Positions 47,300 to 60,899 of a stretch of 64,000 bases of DNA are shown here, in pieces. Source of the stretch: Mobula birostris (lineage: Eukaryota); NCBI RefSeq assembly GCF_030028105.1, contig NC_092371.1:15149884-15213883 (forward strand), in the 5' to 3' direction. Numbering within the stretch: the first letter of the stretch is position 1; each line of letters starts with the position of its first letter. A program made the translations under genes and the position numbers. The notes below the pieces were generated by a model, which made no database searches, was not told the DNA's origin, and saw only the letters and a list, made by a program, of their open reading frames with translations.

Positions 47300-48610
47300 C
47301 AATGGTAAGGAAGGCTAATATAATGTCAGCATTCATTTCAAGAGGACTAGAATATAAAAGCAAGGCTGTAATGTTGAGGCATGGGTCAGGTCACAGCGCT
47401 AAGCAGTATTGCACCCATAATGTACTGTCGCAGTACTTTTATATTTGTGTGCTGTAGCACTTACTTTTTATTCACAGTTATTTTGTAAATAACACTATTC
47501 TTTGCATTTCTGGTTAGATGCTAACTGCATTTCATTGGCTTTGTATCTGTACTCGGCACAATGACAATAAAGTTGAATCTAATCTAATCATACTTGCAAG
47601 TACTGTGAGTAGTTATCTAAGAAAGGACGTGCTCGTATTGGAGAGGGTCCAATATATTCATTAGAGTTTAGAAAAAGGATCTCATTGAAACCTATCAAAC
47701 ATTGAAAGGCCTAAAGTAGACAATGACAGCAGATATCCTATAGTTGGGGAGCTTGGATCAGAGGGCACAGCCTCAGAGGAGAGGGGCATCCCTTTAAAAC
47801 AGCGAGGAGGAGGAGGAATTTGTTCAGCTAGTGGGTAGTTATTCTGTAGAATTCATTGCCATTGTTCCTTACACAAGGAGTGACTTCTGGTTTGGTCACC
47901 GGCTGCTTGACCATGGTTTTCGGTTGGGCGCCGGACACTCCGGAGAGATTTAGCGGGGGGCGGGCACCCGGCGCTCAGCCAGGGGCCGTGGTCGAATGGT
48001 CAGCGACTTCGCCCGGCTCCCTCACCGGACTTAGTCTGGTGAGGAGGGTGTGAGGACACCCAGCAGGACTAAAAAAAAGACCTGACAAACGGCAGATGAG
48101 CTCATGAGCCAACAGCCATCTTCCGTGGAAGAGATTAAAGCCTCACCACATATCTAAGAATCATATGCTATGCACCTAGTTAGAAGAGACATGATGAACT
48201 TGGGCTCTGCACCTTCTGCCTGGACCTGCCCAAGGAAGGGCCGAGCTTGATGAAGCGGCCGTGGCTGGAGGCTGACATGGCCTTGGGCTCGAGTTCGGCA
48301 GGGGTGGCAGTGGGCGGTGCCAAGGCAGCCAGCAAGAACAAACTGGAGGAGAGGCTGTACTCGGTGCTGTCGCAAGATCGAAGAAGATGGAGGTGCATAG
48401 CCGCCAACCCTGGATTCGGGATGGCACCCACTGACCATCAGATCTGGAGGCCAAGTCATTGGGTATACTTAAAGTGAAGGTTGGTAGGCTCTTGATGAGT
48501 TTGGGTGTCAAGGATGATGAGGTGAATATGGGTTAATGGGGTTGAGAGGGATATTAAGTGGGCCATGATTGAATAGCAGAGGCAAATGGCTTAATTTTGC
48601 TATGTCTTAT
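47300..48610 (+). mobile_element. Diverged CR1 3' region interrupted by a Rex1-type tail (47390-47590) and an unclassified insert (47862-48438)
   Basis: gcattcatttcaagaggactagaatataaaagcaagg ... attcattgcc|insert|agatctggaggccaagtcattgg. Confidence 0.7.
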
Positions 48611-49039
48611 CAATGTAAATCACAAACCTCAAGTATAAGTGATTGAGCAACTCAGGACAGGGGTTCAGGAATTCCAACAAAGATTTTATTACTGTCCATC
48701 TCTCTTTTGTAGTCAGCAATTTCAGAAAACGAAACCATGAAGGAAATAAAATCAACAGTTCAACAGGGTTCTAATCCATAAGCAGTCCTCAGAAATTACA
48801 GGAGACAGCTTGCAGTATTTTTTTCTCTTCAACAGTTGCTAGGTCCTGTGAGCTCCAGGAGGTACTGACTCCCTCCCTGGTATCACACCCAATGTTAACA
48901 GACCATGAAGGAATTGGCTCTTTCCACAGCAGTTACTAACCTAGGTGCACAACCCCTGTAGGGATTACAGAATAGCACAGGGAGAGCAAGGGCAGGAGGT
49001 GGATTGACAAAAGAGAATTGCAAAAGACAAGGAGGCTAT

Positions 49040-49445
49040 GAGGAGACAGAAACAGGGAATCTCCAGAGAATGCAGATGCTGAAATTTGGAGGAACAATCT
49101 GCAGGAGGTACCAAGGTGTTCAAACAGCATCTGTGGTGTAGGAATGGACCAGTCAACATTTCAGATTGAGACCTTTCGTCTGGATGGACAGAAAGGAGGT
49201 GGTCAGAGGTAAGGGGAAGTGGAAGGACAAGAACCAGCAGGTGATAGGTGGATCCAGGAAGTGGGAAGTGAGAAGCATTTGGAGGGGAGTGGAAAAGTCA
49301 ACAGAAGCCAGGAGGTGGGAGGAAGATGCAACAAAGGGCTGCAGGAGATGGAATCTGGTGGGAAGAGAAGGTAGAGCACGGAATCGAATGAAGAAAGTGG
49401 GAAGGGTAGTTGGGAACAGTCAGGGGAGGAGGGACTGGTTAATCT
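49040..49445 (-). mobile_element. Penelope-like 3' UTR and tail
   Basis: Purine-rich UTR plus gaatgcagatgctgaaatttgg and a decayed hammerhead (gtcaacatttcagattgagacctttcgtctgg). Confidence 0.6.
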
Positions 49446-51599
49446 CTTCCACCAGACAGGGGCACTGATAACCATCACACATGAATTCTGCAAGGATCTG
49501 GGGCACCTAGAGATGGTTTCCAGTAGAAAAACTGAACCCAAGCATGTCTGACAGAAGTTTCAATTTCTAAATGTGAATTAGCTTTGAAGGCAAAACATTC
49601 CCAGTGGATTTTACAACAAAGAAACCCATGGAAGACAAACCAGAGTGGAGGGTGTTGGAAGAAAATTGTTGTGGTGTGTACGGCTGACACCCACCCCTTC
49701 TCTCCTCTCCCATGGGTGCACCAACTTGCAGGGAACATCCACGAGTCCCTCCAACCTCATGAAGGCCAGGTGAGTTTAAGGCTTTTTAAACCGAACAATG
49801 CAAAGAAAGGAACTGTCAGTTCTACTCCACCCTGAACCGTACATTCAAGTATTGTCCTGGCGGCGTGAGGTCTAGCTCTCCAGCTCTGGAACGCTCCTGT
49901 GAGGAAAAACACAGAAGTCAGACAGCACACTGTCCACCATCTAGAGAGACTGGTCTGACTGCTCTGGTCATGGACCCCAGCTGTTATCCCCGGACCTCAC
50001 TTTGTAAACTGAAAACTGCGTTCATACCCCTCCCAGTCCTCATTCATCTCCCTCTTCGCCTTCAGCCCTTCCAGCCTTTCACCTAGTCCACCCACTCCCC
50101 CCCCCACCCCACAATCGCCATGCAACACCCTCCAGGTCATCCTACAAACACTGTACCTTGTCTCTAAATTACTGTCCATCCTCTCCACACACCCTCCAGG
50201 CCGGTACATGCGTCTGGATGCATCCGTGCACCAACAGCGTACATGACTAAAGCTATGGCAATTACTGACACTATGCCATTGACAGGAGCAATTTCAGCCA
50301 AGCTGCAAGTGAGGGACTGAGGAGCAGCCCCCACTAAGGCAGGATTGCTAGCCGATCAGTCAACCTGTCATGTGTCTGGAGGCGATAACATTGGAGGGAG
50401 ATCCAAACAATCTAAAACATTCCTCACAGGAGGACAGGCTAACTAGACACTAATAAAGTGAGATACACAAAGGGTGGTGTGAGAAAGAGCTCAAATGTGT
50501 GGGGAGAATAAATGAAATTGAGGGACTAAGAGCAGACCCGAGTTTGAGAGATACCTTGGAGAAATGGGAATTAATGGTCCAAGAGAAACGTATCCTTGAC
50601 AGCGACAGCTCCTGAGCTGGTGATGACGGAGGGCTCTGGAACAGATCACAGACATAGGCCATGAGGAAGTTCTGCAGCAGGTTTGTCCAGAAACTGTGAC
50701 AAAGGTATGGAGGTGGGGACCTTCTCAACAATAGAGCCCTCTTGTCGCACATGAGGCTGCCCAGCCAACAGTAACATGCCCTATGACCATCCACCTATTT
50801 CCTGCCCTCCAGTACTTACACCCTTTGTATATTCTGCCTTCATTTAATTCATTGTATCTCAGCACCAAGGTGGGGCTTTGGACTCCTGTCTTCCCATTAC
50901 AAGAGCAGGCCTGTGGGTTGTTCCTCAGCCCTCTTCCATACTCAATGTACACAGGGGGCTGTTAACATGTTTAAAGTTCTCAAATTCCGAGCCGCAGGAG
51001 TCTAGCACAAACTTGGATTTATCACTCTTGAACTGCAGCCACTCCCCAGCGCAATATTGCCCACTATGGGTGGGTAGGCTTCCTCATCCCTGTCACTTTG
51101 ATTTCCATAAGCCCTTCAGATATAGGAGCAGAAATAGGCCATTATTCCTCTCAAACCCATTCTCTGTAAGAATTTCCCTACACTGTGAGTGGGAAACAGC
51201 ACCAAAATAAGGGGTTACAGTGTTAACACGAGGGGAAAGATGTAAAAAAAAAAAAAAAGGACCCAATTTTTCTCACATAGATGTTGGTGTATGTATGGAA
51301 GAAACTGCCAGAGGAAGTGGTTGAGGGGGGTACAATGAAAGACACTTGGACAGCTACATTGATAGGAATGCACTAAAAAATGGCATGGACAGACATGGGC
51401 AAATGGGACAAGCTTAAGCGGGCACTATGTTCAGCACTGACGAGATGGACTGAAGGGCTAATCTGTGCTGTACTGCTCTATGACTATGTACCGGTTATGA
51501 TTCAATGGGACTTCTTGTCATTCTTGAGTTTCGAGAGATACGCGAGTTCATATCATCCTGCAATATCCTCCTCTAACCCTTGTCCCACATAGGAAGCTG

Positions 51600-51830
51600 C
51601 AAGGAGAAGTGGACATAGCCTAATCCATCATGGTCACAGCCCTCCCAACATTGATTGTATGCACAGGGGACCCTGCCTCAAGAAGCCAGCATCATTAAGG
51701 ATTGCAACCATTTGGCTCACCCCTACCATCTGGCAGGAGGTACAGAAGCCTGAAGTCTCACACCACAAGGTTCAGGAACAGTGACTTCCCTTCAACCATT
51801 TGGTTCTTGAAACAACCTGTACAACCCTAA
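51600..51830 (+). mobile_element. Rex1/Babar 3' fragment
   Basis: ctgcctcaagaagccagcatcattaagga...ggcaggaggtacagaagcctgaagtctcacaccacaaggttcaggaacagtgacttccc. Confidence 0.7.
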
Positions 51831-52334
51831 CCCTATCAGCAACTGAACACCACAAACCACCTCTTACAGTGTGCAATTTGTACGAATACCTTGTTCGCAT
51901 GATAGTATAGGATTTATATAACTACAAGAAAATTTGCAGATGCTGGAAATCCAAAGCAACACACACAAAGTAATGGAGGAACTCAGGTCAGGCAGCACCC
52001 ATGGAAATGAACAAACTGTTGACATTTCAGGCCAAGACTCCTCCTTCAGGATGTTACAAGGAAGGACACGATTCCACAGAAGGTGGTAGGATGTTGCCTG
52101 GGACGGAATGTTTCAGTTATAAGGAGACTGAATATGCTGGGTTTGTTTTCAATGGAGTAGAGAAGATGGAAGGGCAAACTGTTCGAGGTATGGAATGCAA
52201 GGGCACTCCTCAGTCTCCTACTCTCCAAGGAAAAAAGTCCTAGCCGACCCAACCTCTCCCTCAGGCCCTCAATTCTTGGCAACATTTTGTAAACCTTCTT
52301 TGTACTCTTTCCAGCTTAAACATATTTCCTCTTA

Positions 52335-52600
52335 GGGGTTAGCACAACGCTTTACAGTACAGGGCACTTGGGTTCAATTCCCACTGCTGCCTGTAAGGAG
52401 TTCGTACTTTCCCCCCGTGACCAAGTAGATTTCATCTGTATGCTCTAGTTTCCTCCCACAGTCCAAAGACATACCAGTTCATCGGAAATTGGTCAAAGTA
52501 AATTGTCCCATGATCAGGCTCAGATTAAAATTGGGAGATTGCTTGGTGGTGTGGCTCAAAGGGCGAATTCCATGCTGTATTTTAATAAATAAAACACCCC
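52335..52600 (+). mobile_element. tRNA-derived V-SINE-like element
   Basis: B-box-like gggttcaattcc; central gtttcctcccacagtccaaagac; A-rich tail aataaataaaa. Confidence 0.7.
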
Positions 52601-52769
52601 AGGTACGACCTCACCAATATTGTGTACAACTCCACATTTAACTCATATTCCGGCTGGCCTGACTGATGAAGGCCGGCGTGCCAAACACCTTCTCCATCAC
52701 CCCGTCGACCCGTGACACCATATTCAACGAACTATATATTTCTACTCCCAGGTCCCTCTGTAATACACA

Positions 52770-53090
52770 CAGCATGGTAGCATAGCAGTCAACATTACAC
52801 TTTACAGTGCAGCAGTCACTAATTGGGGTTCAATTCTCGCTGCTATCCGTAAGCACATTCTCCCTGTGACCACATGGAATTCCTCCGAATGTTCCCGTTT
52901 CCTCCCACATTCTAAAGATGTACAGGTTGGCATTAAGTTGTGGGCATGCTATGTTGGCACTGGAAGCATGGTGGCACTTGCAGGCAGCACCAAGCATATT
53001 CTTGGACTGTGTTGAAAGTTGGTGCAAATAACGCAGTTTAACGCATATTTCAATGTGTATATGGCAACCAAAGCTAATGTTTATCTTTTA
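52770..53090 (+). mobile_element. tRNA-derived V-SINE-like element
   Basis: gcatggtagcatagcag...ggggttcaattctc...gtttcctcccacattctaaagatgtac; L2-like tail. Confidence 0.7.
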
Positions 53091-53369
53091 TTTTTAAGGA
53101 TAAGGAGGCTGTTAACTTTTCACTGGATAGGCCAGGAAACACCTTTTCAGAGACAAAGTTAGCCAGACTTTTTCACTCAGAGGGTTGAAGGTCTCTGAAC
53201 TTGCCTCCCCAAAGTATTGTGGGCGCTCAGTCAACAGGTCCACTTTAGGAGACACAAAGTGATACAGAAGGTAATGGGTGACTGGGTGAGAAAGGGAGGA
53301 GTCTTAAAAGTTAAAATGATTCTAAATACTGCAATAAATTTCATTTTATTTAGAGACTCAACACTTTAA

Positions 53370-54650
53370 CAGGGTGAGGAGACATAAGAGCAGAATTAGG
53401 CTATTTGGGCCCATTGAATTTGCTCCACCATTCCATCATGCTAATTTATTATCCCCCTCAACCCCATGCTCCTGCCTTCTCCCCTAACCTTTGATGCCGT
53501 TACTAGAACCTCTGCTTTACATATACCCAATGACTTGGCCTCCAGAGCCTTCTGTGACAATGAATTCACAGATTCACAACCCTCTGGCTAAAGAAATTCC
53601 TTCTCTTCTCTGTTCTGCTATCATTGTGCCTTCTGATCTGCAGCTCACTCACTATAGGAAACATTCTCTCCATGTCCACTCTAACCAGAACTTTCAATAT
53701 TCAGTAGGTTTCAATGAGATCCCCCCCCCACCTTGTTTTACTAAGCTCTCACAAAATGCAATATTTAATGAGCACCACCCAATTACACTCAATAGACAAT
53801 AGGTGCAGGAGTAGGCCATTCGGCCCTTTGAGCCAGCACCGCCATTCACTGTGATCATGGCTGATCATCCACAATCAGTATCCTGTTCCTGCCTTCCTCC
53901 CATATCCCTTGACTCTGCTATCTTTAAGAGCTCTATCTAACTGTTTCTTGAAAGAATCTAGAGAACTGGCTTCCACTGCCTTCTGAGGCAGAGCATTCCA
54001 CAGATCCACAACCCTCTGTGTGAAAAAGGTTTTCCTCAACTCCATTCTAAATGGTCTACCCTTTATTCTTAAACTGTGGCCGCTGGTTCTGAACTCCCCC
54101 AACATTGGGAACAGGTTTCCTGCTTCTAGCGTGTCCAATCCCTTAATAATCTTATATGTTTCAATCAGATCCCTTCTCATCCTTCTAAATTCCAGTGTAT
54201 ACAAGCCCAGTCGCTCCAATCTTTCAACATATGACATTCCCGCCATCCCAGTGAACTTATGCTGCACTCCCTCCGTAGCAAGAATATCCTTCCTCAAATT
54301 TGGAGACCAAAACTGCACACAATACTCCAGGTGGGGTCTCAGCAGGGCCTTGTACAACTGCAGAAGGACCTCTTTGCTCCTATACTCAATTCCCCTTGTT
54401 ATGAAGGCCAACATGCCATTAGCTTTCTTCACTGCCTGCTGTACCTGTATGCTCACTTTCAGTGATTGATGAACAAGGACACCCAGATCTCGTTGTACTT
54501 CCCCTGTTTCCTAACTTGACACCATTCAGGTAGTAATCTGCCTTCCTGGTCTTGCCACTAAAGTGGATGACCTCACATTTATCCACATTAAACTGCATCT
54601 GCCCACTCACCCAACCTGTCCAAGTCACCCTGCATTCTCATAACATCCTC
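53370..54650 (-). mobile_element. Two CR1 3' portions; ORF 53875-54456 is the ORF2 C-terminus
   Basis: ANGMLAFITRGIEYRSKEVLLQLYKALLRPHLEYCVQFWSP...FFTQRVVDLWNALP. Confidence 0.92.
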
Positions 54651-54659
54651 CTCACGTCA

Positions 54660-54850
54660 AGTTACCGATTACCCATTAACTCAGTCTTTGGAATGCTGGA
54701 GGAAACCAGAGCACCCGGAGGAAACCCACGCGGTCATGGGGAGAGCATACATATTCCTTACAGTGAAGGAGTAGGTACACTAGCATGAATTGAACCCAGG
54801 TCACTGCACTGTAATAGCATTACACTAATCACAATGCTACCGTACTACTC
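54660..54850 (-). mobile_element. V-SINE-like element
   Basis: The reverse strand gives gtagcattgtgattagtgtaatgctattacagtgcagtgacctgggttcaattc...gtttcctccgggtgctctggtttcctccagcattccaaagac. Confidence 0.7.
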
Positions 54851-55205
54851 CAATGTTCAACACAGAAAGAGCAGTAGAGTAAAATGTCAGGCAGAGGATC
54901 AGCCATGGTCCCATTGAACTGTGGCAAGAATTTGAAAGATTGATTGATGTTTACAATACCTGAGTGACTCTGCTGAGGAACTGATGGCTGTGGCTGTACA
55001 CTCCCTGCAGGCACTTCAGAGACTGAGCCTCCATCCACGCCACCAGTGACATCATTCTAAACCAGACAAAGCAGGTCAGTAGATAGCAGACTGCTCAACA
55101 CAAAAAACAGTTTGCATAGAGTTCTCACATCACTACCCCCAAAATAGCTGCAGATATCTCACTTATTGCTCAGGATTCATTCCCAGGACCAAGATTGCTA
55201 GTCCA

Positions 55206-55717
55206 CACTCAGTAGCCCCTTTATTCTGTACACCTGCTCATTAATCCAAATATTAATCAGCCAATCATATGGCAGCGACTCAAAGCATAAAAGCATGTAG
55301 GCATGGTCAAGAGATTCAGTTGTTGCTCAGACCAAAGATGAGAATGGGGAAGAAATGTGATCAAAGGGACTTTAATCATGGAATAATTGTTGGTGACAGA
55401 GAAGGTGGTTTGAGTATCTCAGAAGCTGCTGACCTCCTGGGATTTTCAGGCACAACAGTTTACAGGGAATGGTAAACTGTGAGGGATAGTTGCATGGACA
55501 AAAATGCCTTGTTAATGAGAGAGGTCAGAGCAGGATGGTCAGACTGGTTCAAGCCGACAGGAAGATGGCAGCCACTCAAATAACCATACATTACAACAGT
55601 CACGTGCAGAAGAGCAGCTCTGAATACAAAAATGTCAAACCTTGAAGTAGATGAGTTATAGCAGCAAACGACCACACTGGGTTCCACTCCTATACCTAAT
55701 AAAGTGGGCACTGAGTG
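55206..55717 (+). mobile_element. Tc1-family deletion derivative (N-terminal HTH region only)
   Basis: TIRs cactcagtagcccctttatt / aataaagtgggcactgagtg followed by TA; MGKKCDQRDFNHGIIVGDREGGLSISEAADLLGFS..TVYREW and SKRPHWVPLL. Confidence 0.88.
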
Positions 55718-57109
55718 TACATCAGCTATGGATGTGGAAAAGCTCCACAGGAAGTCAAGGTCAGAGGGTCGTGAAAATACAGCATTTGGCTCAAGGTGCT
55801 AATTCACTGACTGGTGAAGGCTCTCAACCCAACATGTTGGCTGTCTTCTCCACCCGCCCCCACTGCTCCCAATAGGTACTTCTTGACCCGCTGAGTTCCT
55901 CCAGCAGCTCGTTTATTGCTGCAGATTCTAGCATCCATAACCTCACGTCTTAACTCCTGACACGTTAACCTATCCAATTACTGGCCGAATCTGTGAGACA
56001 ATATAGATCACTTCACAAAACTACAGGTACTGCAGCACTGGTAAACACAATCCTTTACTGAACTGTCACTGATCCAGTACCTATTCCACACTCACTACAG
56101 GCTGGAGAATTTAAGTAATTTCTTTTCTCTTTCTGTTATCTCTTTCCACTAAGAGAAATACATGTCCCCTGGGCCAAAAGCTTTGTTAAGGATAACCATT
56201 CTGCTGTGTTCACGTGTACTGAGGCAACGGAGGTGGCAAGATTTACAGGGAGTACATCAGACAGGAGAGGGACCAGTAAAAGTCAGGCACATTGAGTTCC
56301 TTAACTTCACTGGAAAGATGTGTCGAAAATTTTCAAGATTTGAGTAGAGTGCATTGAACATCAACAGCACACTAGTAAGCACCTCTAACCCCCTCCCATT
56401 GGTCTGTCCTCTAGCACCCCCACCCCATCTGTTGATGCTGGCTCCACCTCCCCAGATGCCCTGCCTGCTTGTCACTTCCCCGCCTCACTGCCCGTCGCCA
56501 CCAGTCTCCCCCTGCCCACCCCCGGACATTCTCACTGATTGCTTCGAGGGTAATACAGCTCCTTACTCTCTCTGCTGCCTACCCTTCACTGGATGCTGTC
56601 CCCTCATTGCAGAGAGCAAGTTCATGCCCACCCCGCATGAAGATGTTATGATGCTGGAGGTGGGTACCCAAGGGAAACGTAACTGGGAGTAGGTGTTAAT
56701 GTACATTACCAGCAGCATTTGAAGGGATGTTGCCACAGTCTGGCCACTCGTGTCCAGTCCGTCTCCCACTGCAGCACCGTCATGATGAGTGCACTGCACT
56801 GCGTGTCCCAGCCGAACCAGTTCATCCCCAATGTTCAAGTTCTGCACACACCAAACGGAAGAGCCTTTCAATAGTAACCCTAGAGTCACAAAGCACACAC
56901 ACAGGCCGTTCTCACCCACCAAGTCTGAACGGACCATCAACCTGTTTACCTACCTCCTCTCGCTCTCTCCACATTCCCATCAACATCCTCCAGATTCTAC
57001 TCCTTGTCCACGCTAGAGGCACCACCACAGACATTCTCTCTTCTCCCCTCATTCATTAGGTGGACGACACAAAAGTCTTAAAGCATGTAATACTCCCAGG
57101 CTCAAGGAC

Positions 57110-57375
57110 AGGGGTGGTATGATAGTTCAGCAATTAGCTTAATGCTGTTACAGCACTACTGGTCACTGATCAGGGTTTGACTCCTACCACTGTAGAGAGT
57201 CTGTATGTTCTACCCGTGACCGCATGGGTTTCCTCCCACATTCCAAAGACGTATGGGTTAAGTTAGTGAGTTGTGAGCATACTACATTGGCAGTGACACC
57301 TGTGGGCAGCCCAGATGCAAACACAACTCACTGTATGTTTCCAAGTACATGTAACAAATAAGATTAATCTTATCC
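57110..57375 (+). mobile_element. V-SINE-like element
   Basis: cagggtttgactcc...gtgaccgcatgggtttcctcccacattccaaagacgta...aataagattaatctt. Confidence 0.65.
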
Positions 57376-58169
57376 TAGTGTTATACTACTACTAAGTATG
57401 AAAAATTTTTAAGAATAAGTTGGGGTCTTGACCTCATAACCTCGAGATGATCTTGTACCATACTATCTACCTGCTATCTATCTATCACTTTCTCATTACT
57501 TGTTACATTTTATTCTGCATGTTTATTGTTTAACCTCGTTCTCCCTCAATGCACTGTGTAATGATTTGACCTGCAAGGCAAGCTTTTCACTGTATCTTGG
57601 TTATATCTAACAGTAAGTCGCTAATCAGAGATCAGTAGTGAGAGAAGGTGTGACTCACCTATCAGTGAGTGTGCATTAAAAAGAAACACTTTGCGAGAGT
57701 TTCAGCATTTGAATAGCAGCTACAGATCGGGATTCATTTGCAAGTACAAATTAAAATAAGGCATGGGCAAGAGGAGTGGCCTTTATTGGAGCAGACAGTA
57801 TTAAGAGTGGGGATTTTTAGGCCATCAAGGCTTCAGCAAGATGAGGCTTGAGTGAGAGAATGCAAAGAGGTGGGTAAATTTTCTCAGTTTCTTTATTGTT
57901 TCCTTCTTTATAATAGTTACTGCAGTAGGGTTGCCAGGCAGGATAATGGAATGCTCATCTTAAAAGATGTGGGAAGGCAGGGCGACCTCCAGCTACAGCT
58001 TCTAACACTCCATGTTGAGGAGTTGAAGCTAGAACTCCTTAATACGGAGTTATTCTGATTCATTTGGGAGGGTGAGGGGATGATAAACAGGACATATAGA
58101 GAGGTGGTTACATCCAAGATTCAGGATGCAGGAAACTGGGTGACAGTCAGGAGATGAAAGGGTTTAAAC

Positions 58170-60899
58170 CAGGGGTTGGCAAGCTTTTTGCTTCTGTGGG
58201 CCAGATCACGTATTAATGAGCGGACAGTGGGCCAGATAAATGCCATAAAAAACTTGAAATATGGAAATTATCTATTTAAATACATCTAGTTATGTTTTGC
58301 TTCAAATTAATGAATAACACATGCTAGAAAATCACTTGTGCTTAAGGATGGCAATTAGTAATCAAAGAACTCAGTTTAGTTTTTCTGTCCCACCACTGCT
58401 AGTGCTCCATCAGTTGTGATGCCAATTAGCTTCGACACATTACGTTTCATTTCTGACATTATTTTCAGCAAAGCTTCAAAAATGTCTGCTCCAGTAACCG
58501 TGTCCTTCATAGGAATTAATTGAATAAACTTTTAAAAATTTGAAAAGTTGAGGTCACTCCTCGCACAAACACTGCAAGTTGAGCAGTGTCTCTCAAGTCT
58601 GTACTCTCATCAAGCACAATTGAAAAAAAATGCAATTCATTGCAGGCATCCCTTAAACAACTTTTAACATCTGCTGACATTCTTTCAACTCGCCGTGTGA
58701 TCATTCCTGCTGACAGGCTGATAGAAGCAAATAAAGATTTCTTTTCAGGACAAACAATATCCACCACTGCCAGTAAACATTCTTTGACAAACTCTCCATT
58801 TATAAAAGGTTTCATCTTTCTGCTATCCATTTTGAGACTTCGTAGCTGGCACGGGTACTTTCTTCATTTTCACTGCTTTTTCGGCACTCAGCGTCTACCT
58901 TCCTGCGTTTTGCATTCATTGCCAATGGAATTTTTTTCTTTGATTTTATTTCGAAACGCGAGTTATTCAACAAGTATCGTAGCACATGGACATACAGGTT
59001 TCCCCGGCCATCCAAAGGTACAGCGTTCCTATGAAATGGTTCGTAAGCCGAAATGTCGTAAAGCGAAGAAGCAATTACCATTAATATGGGAAAATTTTGT
59101 GAGCGTTCGCAGACGCAAAAATAACCTACCAAATCATGCCAAATAACACATAAAACCTAAAATAACAGTAAGATATAGTAAAAGCAGGAATGATATGATA
59201 AATACACAACCTATATAAAGTAGAAATACTTCTCCACAATCATTACTGAACTGTTCTCTGGAGCGAAAATCTCACGCAAGCGCTGTTGGCAAAAACACGC
59301 GCAAGCGCTCTCCAGTAACCTTTAAGCTATGAAGCTGCCAGATCATACCAAATAACACGTAAAAATACACAGCCGATCTAAAGTAGAAATAATGTATGTA
59401 CAGTGTAGTATCATGTACGGGAATCGGGACAGCGCCGAGCACACTGATGATGGTGTGTTAGACTGAGTCGGAGTTTGGGTGGTGCAGTGGACCCCCACCC
59501 TCCAGGCCGCTGAGCGATACATTGCCGTGAAGAACGCAGGGGTCCAGCGGTAGCCAGGAGGTACACAGCACATCTTTCAGGAAAAAGCCGAAACAAACAT
59601 GCTAATTAATTAGGTGCCGCCCGTAATTGTCGGCCCAGATCAGTGCCGATTTCCGATTGCATCATCTCTAATCTGGGCCGACAATTACGTGTGGGCAGCA
59701 CCTAATTAATTAGCATGTTTACTTCGGTTTTTTTCTTAAAGATGTGCTGTGTGCCTCCCGGCTACCTTTGCATACTGCGCAAATCGGTATTGGTCCATGG
59801 CCTGGGGGTTGGGGTGGTGGGACACAGGGGTGTCATCTCGTCACCTGTTTCCATTAGAGCAGTGAGCTCATCTTCTCCTATGACTGCCCACCTCGATGTC
59901 GAAGGTCGAAGTTCATCGTCTGCTGTGGCTGATGTGGAAGGCTTGCTTGACTACTGAGCCTCGCGTATTTTTCTATCACACAGTTCTTTAATAAGAACTC
60001 AAACCATCCTGCAAATATCCCCTAAACCAACGTACCCTTTCAAAATTAAAGTCATACTTTATCATTACTCATTCGGTTTCGATTGTTATCCTTTTTTCTT
60101 CCAAATGCATCAGCTCTTCATCTGTCAGTTCTTGGTCATGGGATGCCAAAACCTCTTCAACATCATCTTCGTCAACTTCCACAAGCCAAACTCACGTTGT
60201 CCTTACTTCGTTCACCATGATCAAAATGCTTAATTATGTCCAGTTTTACCGTAAGCGTAACACCCTTACGAGCTCTTTCAGGCTTTTCCGATACCATAGA
60301 ACTCATCTTGCAAATGGCTGCTTGCAGGCTCGTGTTTAAGCAATGCCGGCGAGAATCCGGAGGAGAGCGGCTGCTCGAAGCGTGCTCCTTTTATCGCACG
60401 CTGAATTTTTTTTTCGTAACAGTGAAAACACCTTCTGAAAGTGAAAATAGGGTACTAATGTAGGTCTTTCTTAACAGTGAGGTTTCATAAAGCGAACGTG
60501 CGAAAAGCGGGGGACACCTGTATCTGGATATCTAGCATGGATTTCTTGTTAAAACAGTGACGCTGTTTCTGTTTACAAATTTGAACAATCCCATCTGAAA
60601 ACCTGTGTGTGCACGGAGAGTATCTAATACATATTAATAGGGTAGTCTGCCTTCCCGTCATTCGTATATACCGGTGTTTGGTTTGGAATAAAACGGAACC
60701 TGGAGCCAGTGTAACAAGACGCCATCCATCCATGTCCATCAGTGTGGTCGCATGTAAAACTCAGAATGGGGGGGGGGGGGGGGGGCAGGGGAAAAAAAAA
60801 AAAAAAAAAATTGCTCACGGGGACCGGATAAGCATATTGCTCGTGGGCCAGTCAAAATACCTTCGCGGGCCAGATCTGGCCGTAGATTGCCTACCCCTG
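58170..60899 (-). mobile_element. hAT (SPIN/Buster, GTF2IRD2-like) element, internally deleted
   Basis: TIRs caggggttggcaa / ttgcctacccctg; perfect TSD gtttaaac (58162-58169, 60900-60907); KPFINGEFVKECLLAVVDIVCPEK...FSIVLDESTDLRDTAQLAVFVRGV; MNAKRRKVDAECR is fused directly to STRASYEVS. Confidence 0.93.
58995..60520 (-). mobile_element. Tigger/pogo non-autonomous element inside the hAT
   Basis: TA|caggtttcccc ... gggggacacctg|TA; minus-strand remnant VEVDEDDVEEVLASHDQELTDEEL. Confidence 0.85.

Noticed and set aside
49732-49769. Possible 38-nt micro-exon (cag|...CAG|gtgagt)
   Set aside because: The splice signals are plausible, but there is no partner exon or recognisable peptide.
56153-56347. 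Polypyrimidine acceptor followed by open frames (EIHVPWAKSFVKDNH...)
   Set aside because: No recognisable homology or donor support; it may be chance.
56350-57060. C-rich unique region with several ~110-125-aa ORFs
   Set aside because: Compositionally biased, and no family could be assigned from the sequence alone.
60766-60810. Poly-G and poly-A runs (also G runs at 45205 and 61905) as G-quadruplexes
   Set aside because: Homopolymers inside TEs, prone to sequencing error, with no functional context.
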